DNA of 64,000 nt from Parcubacteria bacterium C7867-004 (GCA_001189075.1 LFCN01000006.1:81605-145604); one strand, 5' to 3'. Counted from the first letter of the stretch, positions 17,606 through 27,936 are shown. Program-made: numbers and translations. The notes: generated from the sequence alone by a model not told the origin.

Positions 17606-17884
17606 TTAGTTAGGTGCGAGCTCCATGCTCGTATCAATCTTCACACCCTCTTCCATCATCGCTCCGTTCTCAGTAGCCGGCACTGGTTGCTGGCTGTTCA
17701 GGCGAGCGCCCCATACGTAGAAGGCACCCACGACGAGGATCGCCACGATAAGGATGATGCCGAAGATGGTGCCATAGGCGGCACCTTTGCTGCCCTCCTT
17801 CATAACCGGTGCTGCCGGAGCAGGCGCTGGGGGAGGGGTAACAGGGGCGGGTGCAGGGGTCATTGGGTCGGGTGCTTGGTCCAT
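17606..17884 (-). CDS. Hypothetical small membrane protein with a Pro-rich N-terminus and one TM helix
   Basis: [17 protein letters not shown] followed by [21 protein letters not shown]. Confidence 0.5.
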   Translation of the reverse strand: MDQAPDPMTPAPAPVTPPPAPAPAAPVMKEGSKGAAYGTIFGIILIVAILVVGAFYVWGARLNSQQPVPATENGAMMEEGVKIDTSMELAPN

Positions 17885-17956
17885 AGGTCTTCGTTAGCTA
17901 ATGCTCACAGTATATAGAGCTACTCCCGAGGAATGCTGACGATTCGTGGGGATAGG

Positions 17957-17986
17957 AAAAGGCCCTGGAACAATCCAGGGCCTTTT
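17957..17986 (-). terminator. Intrinsic terminator downstream of ppa (aaaaggccctgga-acaa-tccagggcctttt)
   Basis: Perfect 9-bp stem flanked by A/T runs. Confidence 0.7.
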
Positions 17987-18003
17987 CCACTGAGATACTT
18001 CTC

Positions 18004-18534
18004 TTACGCGGATTTCTTGTCCTTATACATCTGGCTCGCGCGCTCGAATGCGCTTTGTGCCGATGCCTTGTCTTCGAATCCGTGCACGGTTACCTCAACT
18101 GGCTTCCCCTTAAGCATCTTGATCGTCTCGAAGAAGACCTTAAGCTCCTTGAGCTGGTGCTTGTTCAGGTCGGCTACGTCCTGCACATCCTCGAAGCGGC
18201 GATCGTTCACCGGCACGCAGATGAGCTTGTCATCCGACTCGCCGTCGTCGGTCATCTTCATGATGGCGACCGGGCGTGCAGGAACAAGAACGCCCGGATA
18301 GATAGGGTATGAGGAGATGAGAAGTACATCCACCGCGTCCCCGTCGTCCCAGAGCGTCTGCGGGATGAATCCATAGTTCGCAGGGTAGGGGGTAGGGCCG
18401 TAGTTCGCGCGGTCGAGCATGATGATGCCCGTCTCCTTGTCGATCTCGTACTTGTTCTGGGAACCGTTCGGGATCTCTATGATGACGTTCATCTCATCCT
18501 TAGTTCCCGGAGTGATGTCGTGAAGAAGGTTCAT
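18004..18534 (-). CDS. ppa: Inorganic pyrophosphatase (family I)
   Basis: ...IIEIPNGSQNKYEIDKETG...DGDAVDVLL... Start chosen at MNLLHDI rather than the upstream in-frame extension. Confidence 0.9.
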   Translation of the reverse strand: MNLLHDITPGTKDEMNVIIEIPNGSQNKYEIDKETGIIMLDRANYGPTPYPANYGFIPQTLWDDGDAVDVLLISSYPIYPGVLVPARPVAIMKMTDDGESDDKLICVPVNDRRFEDVQDVADLNKHQLKELKVFFETIKMLKGKPVEVTVHGFEDKASAQSAFERASQMYKDKKSA

Positions 18535-18547
18535 GGTGCGGGTTAGG

Positions 18548-19939
18548 TTATGCCTCGTCGCGAGACTCGTTGCTCTCGGCAACCGATTCGTTCTCATCGG
18601 TGCGCACGGTCTCTTCCTCGGCCGTAAGTGTGTTGTCCTGCGCGTCGTCAACGGCAATGACGGACTCACTTTCAGTAGGGTCGATGCCTGCGGCTACTGC
18701 CGGATCCATATCTTCGGTCTCGTCTGCGCTGGCGACTGATTCATCGCTTGCACCTGCTGCATCCGCAAGAGGAGCGTTATCGCTTTCGACAACCTCGCCG
18801 CCAACCGCAGCGATGTCGATGTTCCAGCCGGTGAGCTTCGCGGCGAGGCGGACGTTCTGTCCGCCGCGGCCGATAGCGAGCGACTGCTGGTCCTCGGTAA
18901 CGGTAACGGTTGCACGGTGTCCTTCCTCGTCGAGCTCTACCTCGAGCACGGTGGCAGGGGAAAGTGCCTCCTTTATGTAGGCCTTCTGATCTTCGGACCA
19001 CTCGATGATATCGATGCGCTCGCCGCCGAGTGCTGCCATGACGGTGGAGACGCGTACGCCACGCTGACCAACAAGGGAGCCAACCGGATCCACGTGCGGA
19101 TCAAGTGAAGCGATAGCGATCTTCGTGCGGCTGCCCGGCTCGCGCGCGAGACCCTTCACTTCGATAGCGCCTGAAGCGAGTTCAGGTACCTCCATCTCGA
19201 AGAGGCGGATGAGGAAGCGTGGGTGTGAGCGAGAAAGGCGGAGATATACGCCGCGGAATCCCTCATCAACCGCGTACAGATACGCGCTGATGCGCTCGCC
19301 AGTGCGATACCGCTCGCCGGGGATCTGCTCCTCGTACGGGATGATGCCGGTCGCGCGACCGAGATCAACGAATGTCGCGCCGCGCTCTGCGCGCTGGACG
19401 ATACCCGAGACGATCTCGCCCTTCTTGTGCTCGAACTCGCCGAGGATGGAGAGCTTCTCGGCTTCACGGATTTTCTGGATCACGACCTGCTTTGCGGTCT
19501 GTGCGGCGATGCGGCCGAAATCATCCTGCGGCTCGAGCGGGAAGATGAGCTCCTGGCCGAGCTCGACATCGCGCTTGATGCGCTTCGCGTCCTCGATGAG
19601 GATGTGCTTCTCCGCGTCGTAGCGGGGGAGCTCGCCCTCAGGCGTCTCCTCCTCGTGCTCACGGTATGAGTGCTGCGGAGCGGCTTCCACAGCGGCTGCC
19701 TCCTCCTCTTCGGTAGGGAAGCGCACCATGGTGTCGTCGACGACCGTCTTCACCTGCTCGAAGGTAACGGTTCCCGTGTTCATATCGAGAAGACCGCGGA
19801 CCACCTGGCCGCGCTTTCCGTATTCCTTCTTATAGGCAGTCGCCATCGCCTGCTCGATAGCGTCGATCATCGTCTCCTTGGTGATGCCGCGCTCCTCGAA
19901 CTCGCCGAGCACTGAATTGATTGTCTTGAGATCCAACAT
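18548..19939 (-). CDS. nusA: Transcription termination/antitermination factor NusA with an acidic C-terminal tail
   Basis: MLDLKTINSVLGEFEERGI... N-terminal domain, S1 and KH domains. The real start is the internal Met at 19939; the upstream extension is non-protein-like. No rimP upstream. Confidence 0.9.
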   Translation of the reverse strand: MLDLKTINSVLGEFEERGITKETMIDAIEQAMATAYKKEYGKRGQVVRGLLDMNTGTVTFEQVKTVVDDTMVRFPTEEEEAAAVEAAPQHSYREHEEETPEGELPRYDAEKHILIEDAKRIKRDVELGQELIFPLEPQDDFGRIAAQTAKQVVIQKIREAEKLSILGEFEHKKGEIVSGIVQRAERGATFVDLGRATGIIPYEEQIPGERYRTGERISAYLYAVDEGFRGVYLRLSRSHPRFLIRLFEMEVPELASGAIEVKGLAREPGSRTKIAIASLDPHVDPVGSLVGQRGVRVSTVMAALGGERIDIIEWSEDQKAYIKEALSPATVLEVELDEEGHRATVTVTEDQQSLAIGRGGQNVRLAAKLTGWNIDIAAVGGEVVESDNAPLADAAGASDESVASADETEDMDPAVAAGIDPTESESVIAVDDAQDNTLTAEEETVRTDENESVAESNESRDEA

Positions 19940-20174
19940 AGGTCCAGTATTTAGTTGTTCGCACAGTATGTAATTGTCGTCGGTTGCAGGTGCATTCTCG
20001 CACAGGATGCGCCCTCTTAAAACGAAATGCCCGCGGGTGCGGACATCTCTGATAGGAAAAACATACCATATATAGGTCAGTAGAGTCAATGTAGGTAGTT
20101 TCTTTTCCCCGCGCTGAAGAATTCCACGAGAAATTAAACAGTGCAGGCACGCTATACTTTTATCTACGTACGGC

Positions 20175-21929
20175 ATGCAAGTCTCTGAAAGCGATCTAAA
20201 GGAATTTATTCTCGACTCCGGACTCGTTCCCCGGAAGGACGTTGATGCTGCCGATGACGAAGCGAAGCGTCGCAAGCAGTCAATCGGAGACATCCTCATC
20301 GGTACCGGCGCGCTTTCAACCGATTCACTTCGCCGCATCAAGGCATACGTGCTCGGTATTCCGTTCGTGAACCTCAAGGATCGGAAGATCGATCTCAACG
20401 TCCTCTCGCTCATCCCGGAGCCTATCGCCCGCACGCACAGCATCGTCGCGTTCCGTAAGGAGGGGGATAATCTTGAGGTGGCGATGCTCGACACGGAAGA
20501 CCTGGCTGCCATCGACTCAGTCCGCAAGAAGACCGGGCTCAAGATCCAGGCGCGCCTTACCGACGAAGAGTCGCTCAAGCACGTGCTCCTGCAGTATCAG
20601 AAATCGCTCAAGGAGGAGTTCGGTGATCTCATCACAACCGAAGCCGGCCGCATCAACCTTATAAAGGACGGCCCGACGGGAGACGACGTTACGGGGGACG
20701 ACCTCAAGAAGATGGCGGAAGACCTACCAATAGTGCGTATCGTGGACACGCTCCTTCGTCATGCCATCCTCCAGAAAGCATCCGATATCCATATCGAGCC
20801 GATGGAGCAGGAAGTGCTCGTGCGCTATCGCATCGATGGCGTGCTGCATGACGCTATGACGCTCCCGCGCACGGCCGCTGCCGGCATCACGGCACGTATC
20901 AAAGTGCTCTCGAACCTCAAGCTCGATGAGAAGCGTCTGCCGCAAGACGGGCGCTTCAAGATGGAGACCGAAGCCGACAAGGTATCGTTCCGCGTCTCGC
21001 TTCTTCCGACCTATTACGGTGAGAAGGTGGTTATGCGTCTTCTTCGTGAGACGGGCGAGGGCTTCACGCTCGACGTGCTCGGTTTCCACGGAAGCTCGCT
21101 CGAGCGCATCCATCACTCGATGAAGCAGACTACGGGCATTCTGCTCATTTCGGGACCGACCGGATCCGGAAAGACGACGACGCTCTACACCATCCTCGAT
21201 ATCCTCAATACGCCGGACGTGAACATCTCGACGGTGGAGGATCCGATCGAGTATCAGATGAAGCGCGTGAATCAGACGCAGGTGAATCCCGCGATCGGCT
21301 TCACGTTCGCCAACGGACTGCGCGCGCTCCTTCGCCAGGACCCGAACATCATCATGGTTGGAGAGATCCGTGATGCGGAGACGGCATCACTTGCGATCAA
21401 TGCCGCGCTCACCGGTCACCTCGTGCTCTCGACCATCCACACCAACTCGGCGGCAGGCGCCATCCCGCGCCTTATCGACATGGGTGTCGAACCGTTCCTT
21501 CTCGTGTCGACGCTTCGTATGGTGCTCGGACAACGTCTGGTGCGTAGGCTCTGCGACGGGAAGGAGGAGTACGCGCTCGACCAGGTTGAGCGTGACAAGA
21601 TCGCGAGCAAGGATAAGTTCGAGATGGCACTCGCTGCCCTTACCGAGGAGAAGCTCGTGAAGGAGGGTACGAAGATCGACGCCATTCCGTTCTATAAGCC
21701 CAAGCCATCTTCTGAATGCGCGGACGGGTACTCCGGCCGTATCGGCATCCATGAGATCCTCACGGTCTCTCCTGCGATCCGCGATTTGATACTCCATAAC
21801 GGTACGCCGGACGCAATCGAGGAGCAGGCGCGCAAGGAAGGCATGCTTACGATGCTCGAGGACGGTATCTATAAGTCGTCGCGCGGCATCACGAGCCTTG
21901 AAGAGACGCTGCGTGCGGTTTCGGAGTAG
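20175..21929 (+). CDS. pilB: Type IV pilus assembly ATPase PilB (GspE family)
   Basis: N-terminal T2SSE_N domain, Walker A GPTGSGKTTTLY and Asp/His boxes. Confidence 0.9.
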   Translation: MQVSESDLKEFILDSGLVPRKDVDAADDEAKRRKQSIGDILIGTGALSTDSLRRIKAYVLGIPFVNLKDRKIDLNVLSLIPEPIARTHSIVAFRKEGDNLEVAMLDTEDLAAIDSVRKKTGLKIQARLTDEESLKHVLLQYQKSLKEEFGDLITTEAGRINLIKDGPTGDDVTGDDLKKMAEDLPIVRIVDTLLRHAILQKASDIHIEPMEQEVLVRYRIDGVLHDAMTLPRTAAAGITARIKVLSNLKLDEKRLPQDGRFKMETEADKVSFRVSLLPTYYGEKVVMRLLRETGEGFTLDVLGFHGSSLERIHHSMKQTTGILLISGPTGSGKTTTLYTILDILNTPDVNISTVEDPIEYQMKRVNQTQVNPAIGFTFANGLRALLRQDPNIIMVGEIRDAETASLAINAALTGHLVLSTIHTNSAAGAIPRLIDMGVEPFLLVSTLRMVLGQRLVRRLCDGKEEYALDQVERDKIASKDKFEMALAALTEEKLVKEGTKIDAIPFYKPKPSSECADGYSGRIGIHEILTVSPAIRDLILHNGTPDAIEEQARKEGMLTMLEDGIYKSSRGITSLEETLRAVSE

Positions 21930-22035
21930 CGCTACGAAAGAGATTGATTTTATATGATGCGGGTGTAGGGTAACGGGTACGACCGCGTACCCAAGCTCTT
22001 TTGGGAAAAATGCGGATCGGGGAGGATAGTACATC

Positions 22036-22167
22036 ATGAGTGGGCATCGGCACGGCCTCGTCCCGAAGCACGACGAGTTTCTCGGCATGAAGATGATGCT
22101 CGGCTACATGGTCGCCCTCGTCGTCATCGGCGCGGTCGGCAGCTGGATCGGTCCCATCAACTTCTAA
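22036..22167 (+). CDS. Small hydrophobic ORF (43 aa) with strong SD (GGGGAGG-N8-ATG) between pilB and pilC
   Basis: MSGHRHGLVPKHDEFLGMKMMLGYMVALVVIGAVGSWIGPINF, with one predicted TM helix and a terminator immediately downstream. Confidence 0.35.
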   Translation: MSGHRHGLVPKHDEFLGMKMMLGYMVALVVIGAVGSWIGPINF

Positions 22168-22194
22168 GGGGTTGGCTCCAAGCCATGTGTCTAG

Positions 22195-22225
22195 ACGCGC
22201 TTTCACGAGCGCGTTTTTCTTTTTG
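22195..22225 (+). terminator. Intrinsic terminator (acgcgct-ttcacg-agcgcgt plus TTTTTCTTTTT) between the small ORF and pilC
   Basis: Perfect 7-bp stem and a long T-run. Confidence 0.7.
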
Positions 22226-22253
22226 TAACCGACGCGCATGCTACGATATTCGC

Positions 22254-23465
22254 ATGAAATTCCGCGTAAGCGCGAAGACCGCAGATGGTGCATCCGAGAA
22301 GCGCGTTATCGATGCGGTATCCCGTTTCGCGGTGTACGAGCAGCTCGAGAAAGAAGGGCTCACGGTAGTCACGGTGGAAGAAGGCGGTGGCGCATCCCTT
22401 CCGGCATGGACGAGGATACAGCTCGGCAGCGGCATAAAGACCGACGAGCGCATAACCTTCACCAAGAACCTCGCTGCGATGCTTTCAGCAGGGCTCCCGC
22501 TTCCGCGCGCGCTTTCCGTTATTGATCGCCAGACGCGCAATAAGTCGCTGAGGAAAGTGGTGACGGACCTCGAAGAGAACGTCAAGAAGGGAACCTCCTT
22601 CCATGAAGCGCTCGCGCTCCACCGGAACATCTTCTCTGATCTCTTCATTGCCATGACCAAGGCGGGCGAGGAGTCCGGAAAGCTCGCGGATTCGCTCCAG
22701 GTGGTGGCGCGCCAGATGGACCGATCGCATACGCTCGAGAAGAAGGTGAAGGGCGCCATGATCTATCCGTCCATCATCCTCTCTGCGGTGGTAATCATCG
22801 GTATCCTCATGCTCATGTTCGTGGTGCCGACACTCTCGAGCACGTTCAAAGAGCTTAACGTCGCTCTCCCGGCCGCGACTCGAGCCATCATTTCCATATC
22901 CGATTTCCTCGCGAACAATGTCATTCTGTCTCTGCTGCTCGTCGCGATGTTCTTCGGACTGGTACTCTTGTTCCTGAAATCGAAGTTCGGCGGTAAGGTC
23001 CTGCTGCTCGTATCGCTCAAGCTTCCGGTTATCGGCGAGCTCGTACGCGAGACTATGGGCGCTCGTGTGGCGCGATCGCTCTCATCGCTCCTTTCGTCGG
23101 GTGTCGAGATGCTGTCCGCACTTCAGATTGCCTGCGAGGTAGTGGGGGACAATCCATTCGGGAAAGTGGTGAAGGAGGCGGAGGAGCGCGTGCGCAAGGG
23201 AGAGTCGCTCTCGGCAGCCTTCATCGACCACCCGAAGCTCTTCCCGCCATTCGTTGCAGATATGATCGCGGTAGGTGAGGAGACCGGAAAGGTCTCCGAC
23301 ATGCTCGGGCAGGTCGCCACCTACTATGAGACCGACGTCGAGGATCGTACGAAAGATCTCTCCACTATCATCGAGCCGATTCTCATGCTCGTCATCGGCG
23401 GTGCGGTCGGTGTGTTCGCGATGGCGATGATCACCCCGATCTACTCGCTCTCAAGCAAGATATAA
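22254..23465 (+). CDS. pilC: Type IV pilus inner-membrane platform protein PilC (GspF family)
   Basis: Two T2SSF repeats and three TM segments. Start at MKFRVSAKT. Confidence 0.85.
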   Translation: MKFRVSAKTADGASEKRVIDAVSRFAVYEQLEKEGLTVVTVEEGGGASLPAWTRIQLGSGIKTDERITFTKNLAAMLSAGLPLPRALSVIDRQTRNKSLRKVVTDLEENVKKGTSFHEALALHRNIFSDLFIAMTKAGEESGKLADSLQVVARQMDRSHTLEKKVKGAMIYPSIILSAVVIIGILMLMFVVPTLSSTFKELNVALPAATRAIISISDFLANNVILSLLLVAMFFGLVLLFLKSKFGGKVLLLVSLKLPVIGELVRETMGARVARSLSSLLSSGVEMLSALQIACEVVGDNPFGKVVKEAEERVRKGESLSAAFIDHPKLFPPFVADMIAVGEETGKVSDMLGQVATYYETDVEDRTKDLSTIIEPILMLVIGGAVGVFAMAMITPIYSLSSKI

Positions 23466-23474
23466 GCACGTCCC

Positions 23475-23729
23475 ATGATTCAGCAATTCATCAATGTGGT
23501 GACTGCCGATATATCAGGACTCGCCGTCCAGCTGTTCTTCGCGTTCACCATATCGTTGATGATCTTCGATAAGCAGAAACCTCCTCTGCTCACCGGGGTT
23601 CTTACGGGAATCGCCCTCATCGTGCTCGGTATCGGCGGCTCATTCAATGCTCCCGCCGTGGCAGCGGTATCGATGATCAATGGCGGCCTCTGGCTGGTTC
23701 TCGGCTGGCAGCGTTTTATGCAACGGTAA
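23475..23729 (+). CDS. Hypothetical small integral membrane protein (2–3 TM)
   Basis: Hydrophobic 84-aa ORF with no convincing SD. Confidence 0.4.
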   Translation: MIQQFINVVTADISGLAVQLFFAFTISLMIFDKQKPPLLTGVLTGIALIVLGIGGSFNAPAVAAVSMINGGLWLVLGWQRFMQR

Positions 23730-23739
23730 TAATCTTTCC

Positions 23740-24360
23740 ATGGACAAGACCAGACTCGAATTCCTCAGCGACGGCATATTCGCTATCGTCCTTACCATTC
23801 TCGTCATCGAGATAAAGCTTCCTGAAGGTGTCGAAGTTATCTCGAATGAAGAGCTCTGGCACCAGCTGCTCATCCTATGGCCAGCGATAATGAGCTTCGC
23901 GCTGAGCTTCCTTGTCATATGCGTGTTCTGGATAAACCACACCTATCTCTTCCACTCGTACGTGAAGAAGGTGGATCGGGGACTCAATCTCCTCAACATG
24001 CTGTATTTGCTCTTTCTCGTGTTCATCCCGTTCGTCGCGAAGCTGGTTGGCGAATATCCCTATATCCCGCTCGCCGCTATCGTCTACGGCCTCGATATCC
24101 TCGTGGTCGGCGTTCTCGCGAAGCTCATGTTCCGTCACGTGCAGAAGAATCCAGAACTGCACCATGAGCTGCCGTCCCGCTTCCTCAAGCAAGCGCATAT
24201 CCGCATGACGCTCACACCGGTCTTCTACGTGCTCGGTATACTTGTCGCCCCGTTCTCGATAGGTGCAAGCATCTTCTTCTATCTATTCCCAATGCTCTTC
24301 AACCTCATTCCGGGTTCGCTCGACCTGGTTGAACGCCTGTTCCGCTTCGAGATCGCATAG
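23740..24360 (+). CDS. DUF1211 / TMEM175-like membrane protein (putative K+ channel family)
   Basis: The N-terminal signature RLEFLSDGIFAIVLTILV is the RxxxFSD motif of the TMEM175/DUF1211 family, within a 6-TM hydrophobic profile. Confidence 0.7.
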   Translation: MDKTRLEFLSDGIFAIVLTILVIEIKLPEGVEVISNEELWHQLLILWPAIMSFALSFLVICVFWINHTYLFHSYVKKVDRGLNLLNMLYLLFLVFIPFVAKLVGEYPYIPLAAIVYGLDILVVGVLAKLMFRHVQKNPELHHELPSRFLKQAHIRMTLTPVFYVLGILVAPFSIGASIFFYLFPMLFNLIPGSLDLVERLFRFEIA

Positions 24361-24399
24361 CACGCGCGGTGCGCGCATTCAATGCGCTATGATGAGTGC

Positions 24400-25860
24400 A
24401 TGAAAACGCCGCGCGGCATGACGCTCGTCGACGTGCTCGTCGGGAGCGCGCTCGTGCTCATCATTTTCCTTGCGCTGCTCGGCTTGCTCCGCGCATCGCT
24501 GCTTATCTCTTCCGCAGCAAAGCTTAAATCGGGCGCAACCGCGCTTGCAACGACGCAGATGGAATACCTGCGTTCGCTCCCGTACGACTCGGTAGGCACA
24601 GTGGGCGGTATTCCCGCTGGAGCGATACCGCAAAATACGACTAGCACGCTCAACGGCGTGACGTACGTGACGCGAACCTTCATCGAGTACGTGGACGATG
24701 CGAAGGACGGGCAGGGTGTAGCCGATAGCAACGGCATCATGACGGACTACAAGCGCGCGCGCGTCAGCGTGAGCTATATGTTCAGGGAGAGCGACCGGGA
24801 ACTCGTGCTGGTCTCCAACATCGCGCCTCCGTCGATCGAGACGACCACCGGCGGGGGCACACTCCGCATCAACGTGGTGAATGCTGCGGGAGATCCCGTG
24901 GCGGGAGCGAGCGTTAGGGTCCAGAATCCGAGCGCCGGGCCCGCGATCGATTTCACTACATTCTCGGACGCAACTGGCGTCGTGATGATCCCCGGTGCGC
25001 CTCCCTCGACCGACTACCGTATCACTGCGTCCAAAGACGGGTATTCTACCGCGGTAACGTACGCCCGCGACGCGACGAACCAGAATCCGACTCCCGGCTA
25101 CCTGACGATCGTTGCCGGGCAGACGACGAGCAGTACGTTTGCCATCGATGTGCTCGGCGCACTCGTCATGCGTACCTTTTCTTCAGTGCGCCCGGCGTTC
25201 CAGATCGATTCCTTTGACGACGGAACACATTTGGCGAGCGTGAGTGGGACGCAGGCGGCTGGAGGTGCGCTCGTGCTTTCGGGGGCGCCGGGAAGCTACG
25301 CGCTCTCGGGAAGCGCTCGCTCGACTTCGACTGCGCCTACCTATCTCAAGGAATGGCGGACGGTGGACGCGGATGAGGTTGTGCCTGCGGGAACCGGTAT
25401 TGTCCTGCGTGTCGCGGCCAGCTCGGGAACGCTGGTTCCGGACGCGATGCTCCCCGGGAATACCGTAGGGTTCTCCTCGTTCCCGATTGATATCAGCGGT
25501 ATCGCGACTACCACCTATCCTTCGCTTTCGATCCTTGCTGATCTTTCAACCAGTGACGCGCTCATGACGCCGCAGGTTCTCGAGTGGAGCATCCATTTCG
25601 ACGAGGGACCGATCCCGCTCCCGAATAGAGCGTTCACGCTCACCGGGGCGAAGGTGATGGGTACGACGGGCGCGGGTGCGGCGATTCCAAAGACCATCAT
25701 CGCTACCACTACCGATGCGAGCGGAAGGGTCACTATCCCGCTCGAGTGGGATGTCTACACGTTCGACACTACGGTCGGCACACTCATTAGCGAATCCGAA
25801 CCCTCTCCGTACACGCTTGAACCCGCGGAAAACCGGACCGTGGACGTCATACTTCAATGA
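24400..25860 (+). CDS. Large type IV pilin-like protein (prepilin-type N-terminal cleavage/methylation motif, 486 aa)
   Basis: MKTPRG|MTLVDVLVGSALVLIIF matches a class III signal (Gly-1, hydrophobic stretch, Asp at +5 instead of Glu). Confidence 0.65.
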   Translation: MKTPRGMTLVDVLVGSALVLIIFLALLGLLRASLLISSAAKLKSGATALATTQMEYLRSLPYDSVGTVGGIPAGAIPQNTTSTLNGVTYVTRTFIEYVDDAKDGQGVADSNGIMTDYKRARVSVSYMFRESDRELVLVSNIAPPSIETTTGGGTLRINVVNAAGDPVAGASVRVQNPSAGPAIDFTTFSDATGVVMIPGAPPSTDYRITASKDGYSTAVTYARDATNQNPTPGYLTIVAGQTTSSTFAIDVLGALVMRTFSSVRPAFQIDSFDDGTHLASVSGTQAAGGALVLSGAPGSYALSGSARSTSTAPTYLKEWRTVDADEVVPAGTGIVLRVAASSGTLVPDAMLPGNTVGFSSFPIDISGIATTTYPSLSILADLSTSDALMTPQVLEWSIHFDEGPIPLPNRAFTLTGAKVMGTTGAGAAIPKTIIATTTDASGRVTIPLEWDVYTFDTTVGTLISESEPSPYTLEPAENRTVDVILQ

Positions 25861-25862
25861 TA

Positions 25863-26485
25863 TGGATCGCTTGCCTCTCTCGATGAATGCACACTCCACA
25901 CGCAGTCCGTCCGGGTTCTCGCTCGCCGAGACAATGGTGGTTATCGGTATCTTGAGTCTCGTCGGACTCGCGCTCTCGACGATGATCGTCTTCTTCTACC
26001 GGTCCAATGCATTCCTGCTCGAGCAGACGAGTGCGGTCGACAGTGTGCGCCGGGGACTCACCCGTACGTTCGAGAGCCTGCGCGAAGCGACCTACGGTGA
26101 GGACGGTTCGTATCCGATCGCGTCCGCCGCGACCTCGAGCGTGGTCATCTACAGCGATATCGACAGCGACTTCTCAGTCGAGCGCATACGGTTCTGGCTC
26201 TATAACGGAACGTTCTATCAAGTCACGACGAACGCGGGAGGGAACCCTCCGACGTACGCAGGACAGCCTCCGGCGACAACCACCATCGCTACTTACGTAC
26301 GGAATTCGAATACCACTCCAATATTCAGGTATTTTGACGCTAACGGCGTCGAGCTGACCGGGGCCGCGGTAGACTTGTCGGAGGTCGCGAGCATCCGCAC
26401 GAGGCTGGATGTCGATCTTAATCCGCTCAGGCTCCCGAACGTGGTCACGCTCGAAGAGACGGCGACGCTCCGCAATCTCCGATGA
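25863..26485 (+). CDS. Type IV pilin-like / pseudopilin protein
   Basis: SG|FSLAETMVVIGILSLVGLAL is a canonical prepilin N-terminus (G-F-S-L-x-E). Confidence 0.7.
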
Positions 26486-27924
26486 TTATGAAACCGCACT
26501 CCTCATCAGTCCGTCCTGTTCGCGGCTATCTCATCATCACTGCGCTCGTGTTCGGTAGCATATTCGTCACCGTGCTCGGTGCGCTCGCCAGCAGCGTGCT
26601 TATCGAGAACCGCGCGCAGTCGCAGGCGTCCTCGGGAACGCGTGGGCTCGCCATCGCTGAAGCCGGTCTCGAGTACTATCGTTGGTTCCTCGCTCATTAT
26701 CCGACTGACGTTCAGAACGGCACCGGTGCTGCGGGCCCTTATGTCATGCCGTACAACGATCCCGAAGGGGGGCAGACCGGTACTATATCGCTTTCCATAG
26801 TCGGGAATTCCTCGTGCGGCCAGCTGACTTCTATCGATATCACCTCGACCGGTACGCCTATCGAAAGCCCCTCGGCGGCGCGTACGCTCAAGGCGCGCTA
26901 CGCTCGGCCCACGGTAGCCTTGTTCTCCTATGTGCTTAACAGTAGCGTGTGGGCAGGTCCTGACCGCATCATCAACGGCCCGTATCACAGCAACGGCGGC
27001 ATCCGCATGGACGGAACCGCGAATGCTCCTGTAACGAGCTCTCTTGCGACGTGGCTATGCACCAGCAGCTTCGGCTGTGCCACGAACCAGACCAAGGACG
27101 GCGTCTGGGGCGCGGGCCCGAACTCGGATCTGTGGACGTATCCTGTCCCGCAGGTGGATTTCAGCGGCATCGCGGCCGACTTCACGACACTGCGTACGAC
27201 TGCGATAGCGAGCGGGAAATACCTCCCGCGCTACAGCTCGAGCTCGAGCGACGCGAACGCTTCGCGTGGTTATCGACTCATCTTCAATGGCGACGGCACT
27301 GTTACCATCCGTCGGGTGAATACGACGACGGCGTTCAATGCGACTATCGTAAGCACGAGTCTTGGAGGAATCGATCGCTCGATGATCACAGCAGGAGGGG
27401 ATTCGTTCTTTGAGACGTACATCATTCCGGCGAGCTGCGGCCTCATCTTCGTGGAGGACAACGTCTGGATCGAAGGGGTCGTCGACCGCAAGGTTACGGT
27501 TGTTGCAGCGAATGTGACGACGACCGGCATCGCGCCAAATGCGGTCTTGAACAATAACATCACGTACGGAGCCACCGATGGCTCGGACGGCCTCACGCTC
27601 ATGGCGGAGAACAATATCGTCATCCCCCCGAATTCACCGTACGACATGAATGTGAGTGGCGTCTTCATTGCGCAGAACGGGTACTTCGGACGCAACCTGT
27701 TCCCGTGCTCCGGAGGGTATGAGCCAAGGGGTACGCTTACCATACTCGGTACCACGGTCTCCAATTTGCGTACGGGTACTCGCTGGCCGACTGCCTGCAG
27801 CGGAACGGGAGGCGGATACCAGACACGTATCGACGCCTATGACCGCAAGCTCTCGACCGATCCGCCCCCATTCACTCCGCAGACGAGTACGGACTACTAC
27901 TTCGTCGACTGGCGGGAGCAATAG
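26482..27924 (+). CDS. PilX-like minor pilin (N-terminal TM plus PilX_N-like helix)
   Basis: RGYLIITALVFGSIFVTVLGALASS...GLAIAEAGLEYYRW. Overlaps the previous gene by 4 bp (ATGA). Confidence 0.6.
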   Translation: MIMKPHSSSVRPVRGYLIITALVFGSIFVTVLGALASSVLIENRAQSQASSGTRGLAIAEAGLEYYRWFLAHYPTDVQNGTGAAGPYVMPYNDPEGGQTGTISLSIVGNSSCGQLTSIDITSTGTPIESPSAARTLKARYARPTVALFSYVLNSSVWAGPDRIINGPYHSNGGIRMDGTANAPVTSSLATWLCTSSFGCATNQTKDGVWGAGPNSDLWTYPVPQVDFSGIAADFTTLRTTAIASGKYLPRYSSSSSDANASRGYRLIFNGDGTVTIRRVNTTTAFNATIVSTSLGGIDRSMITAGGDSFFETYIIPASCGLIFVEDNVWIEGVVDRKVTVVAANVTTTGIAPNAVLNNNITYGATDGSDGLTLMAENNIVIPPNSPYDMNVSGVFIAQNGYFGRNLFPCSGGYEPRGTLTILGTTVSNLRTGTRWPTACSGTGGGYQTRIDAYDRKLSTDPPPFTPQTSTDYYFVDWREQ

Positions 27925-27936
27925 CTGCGAGCAGGC

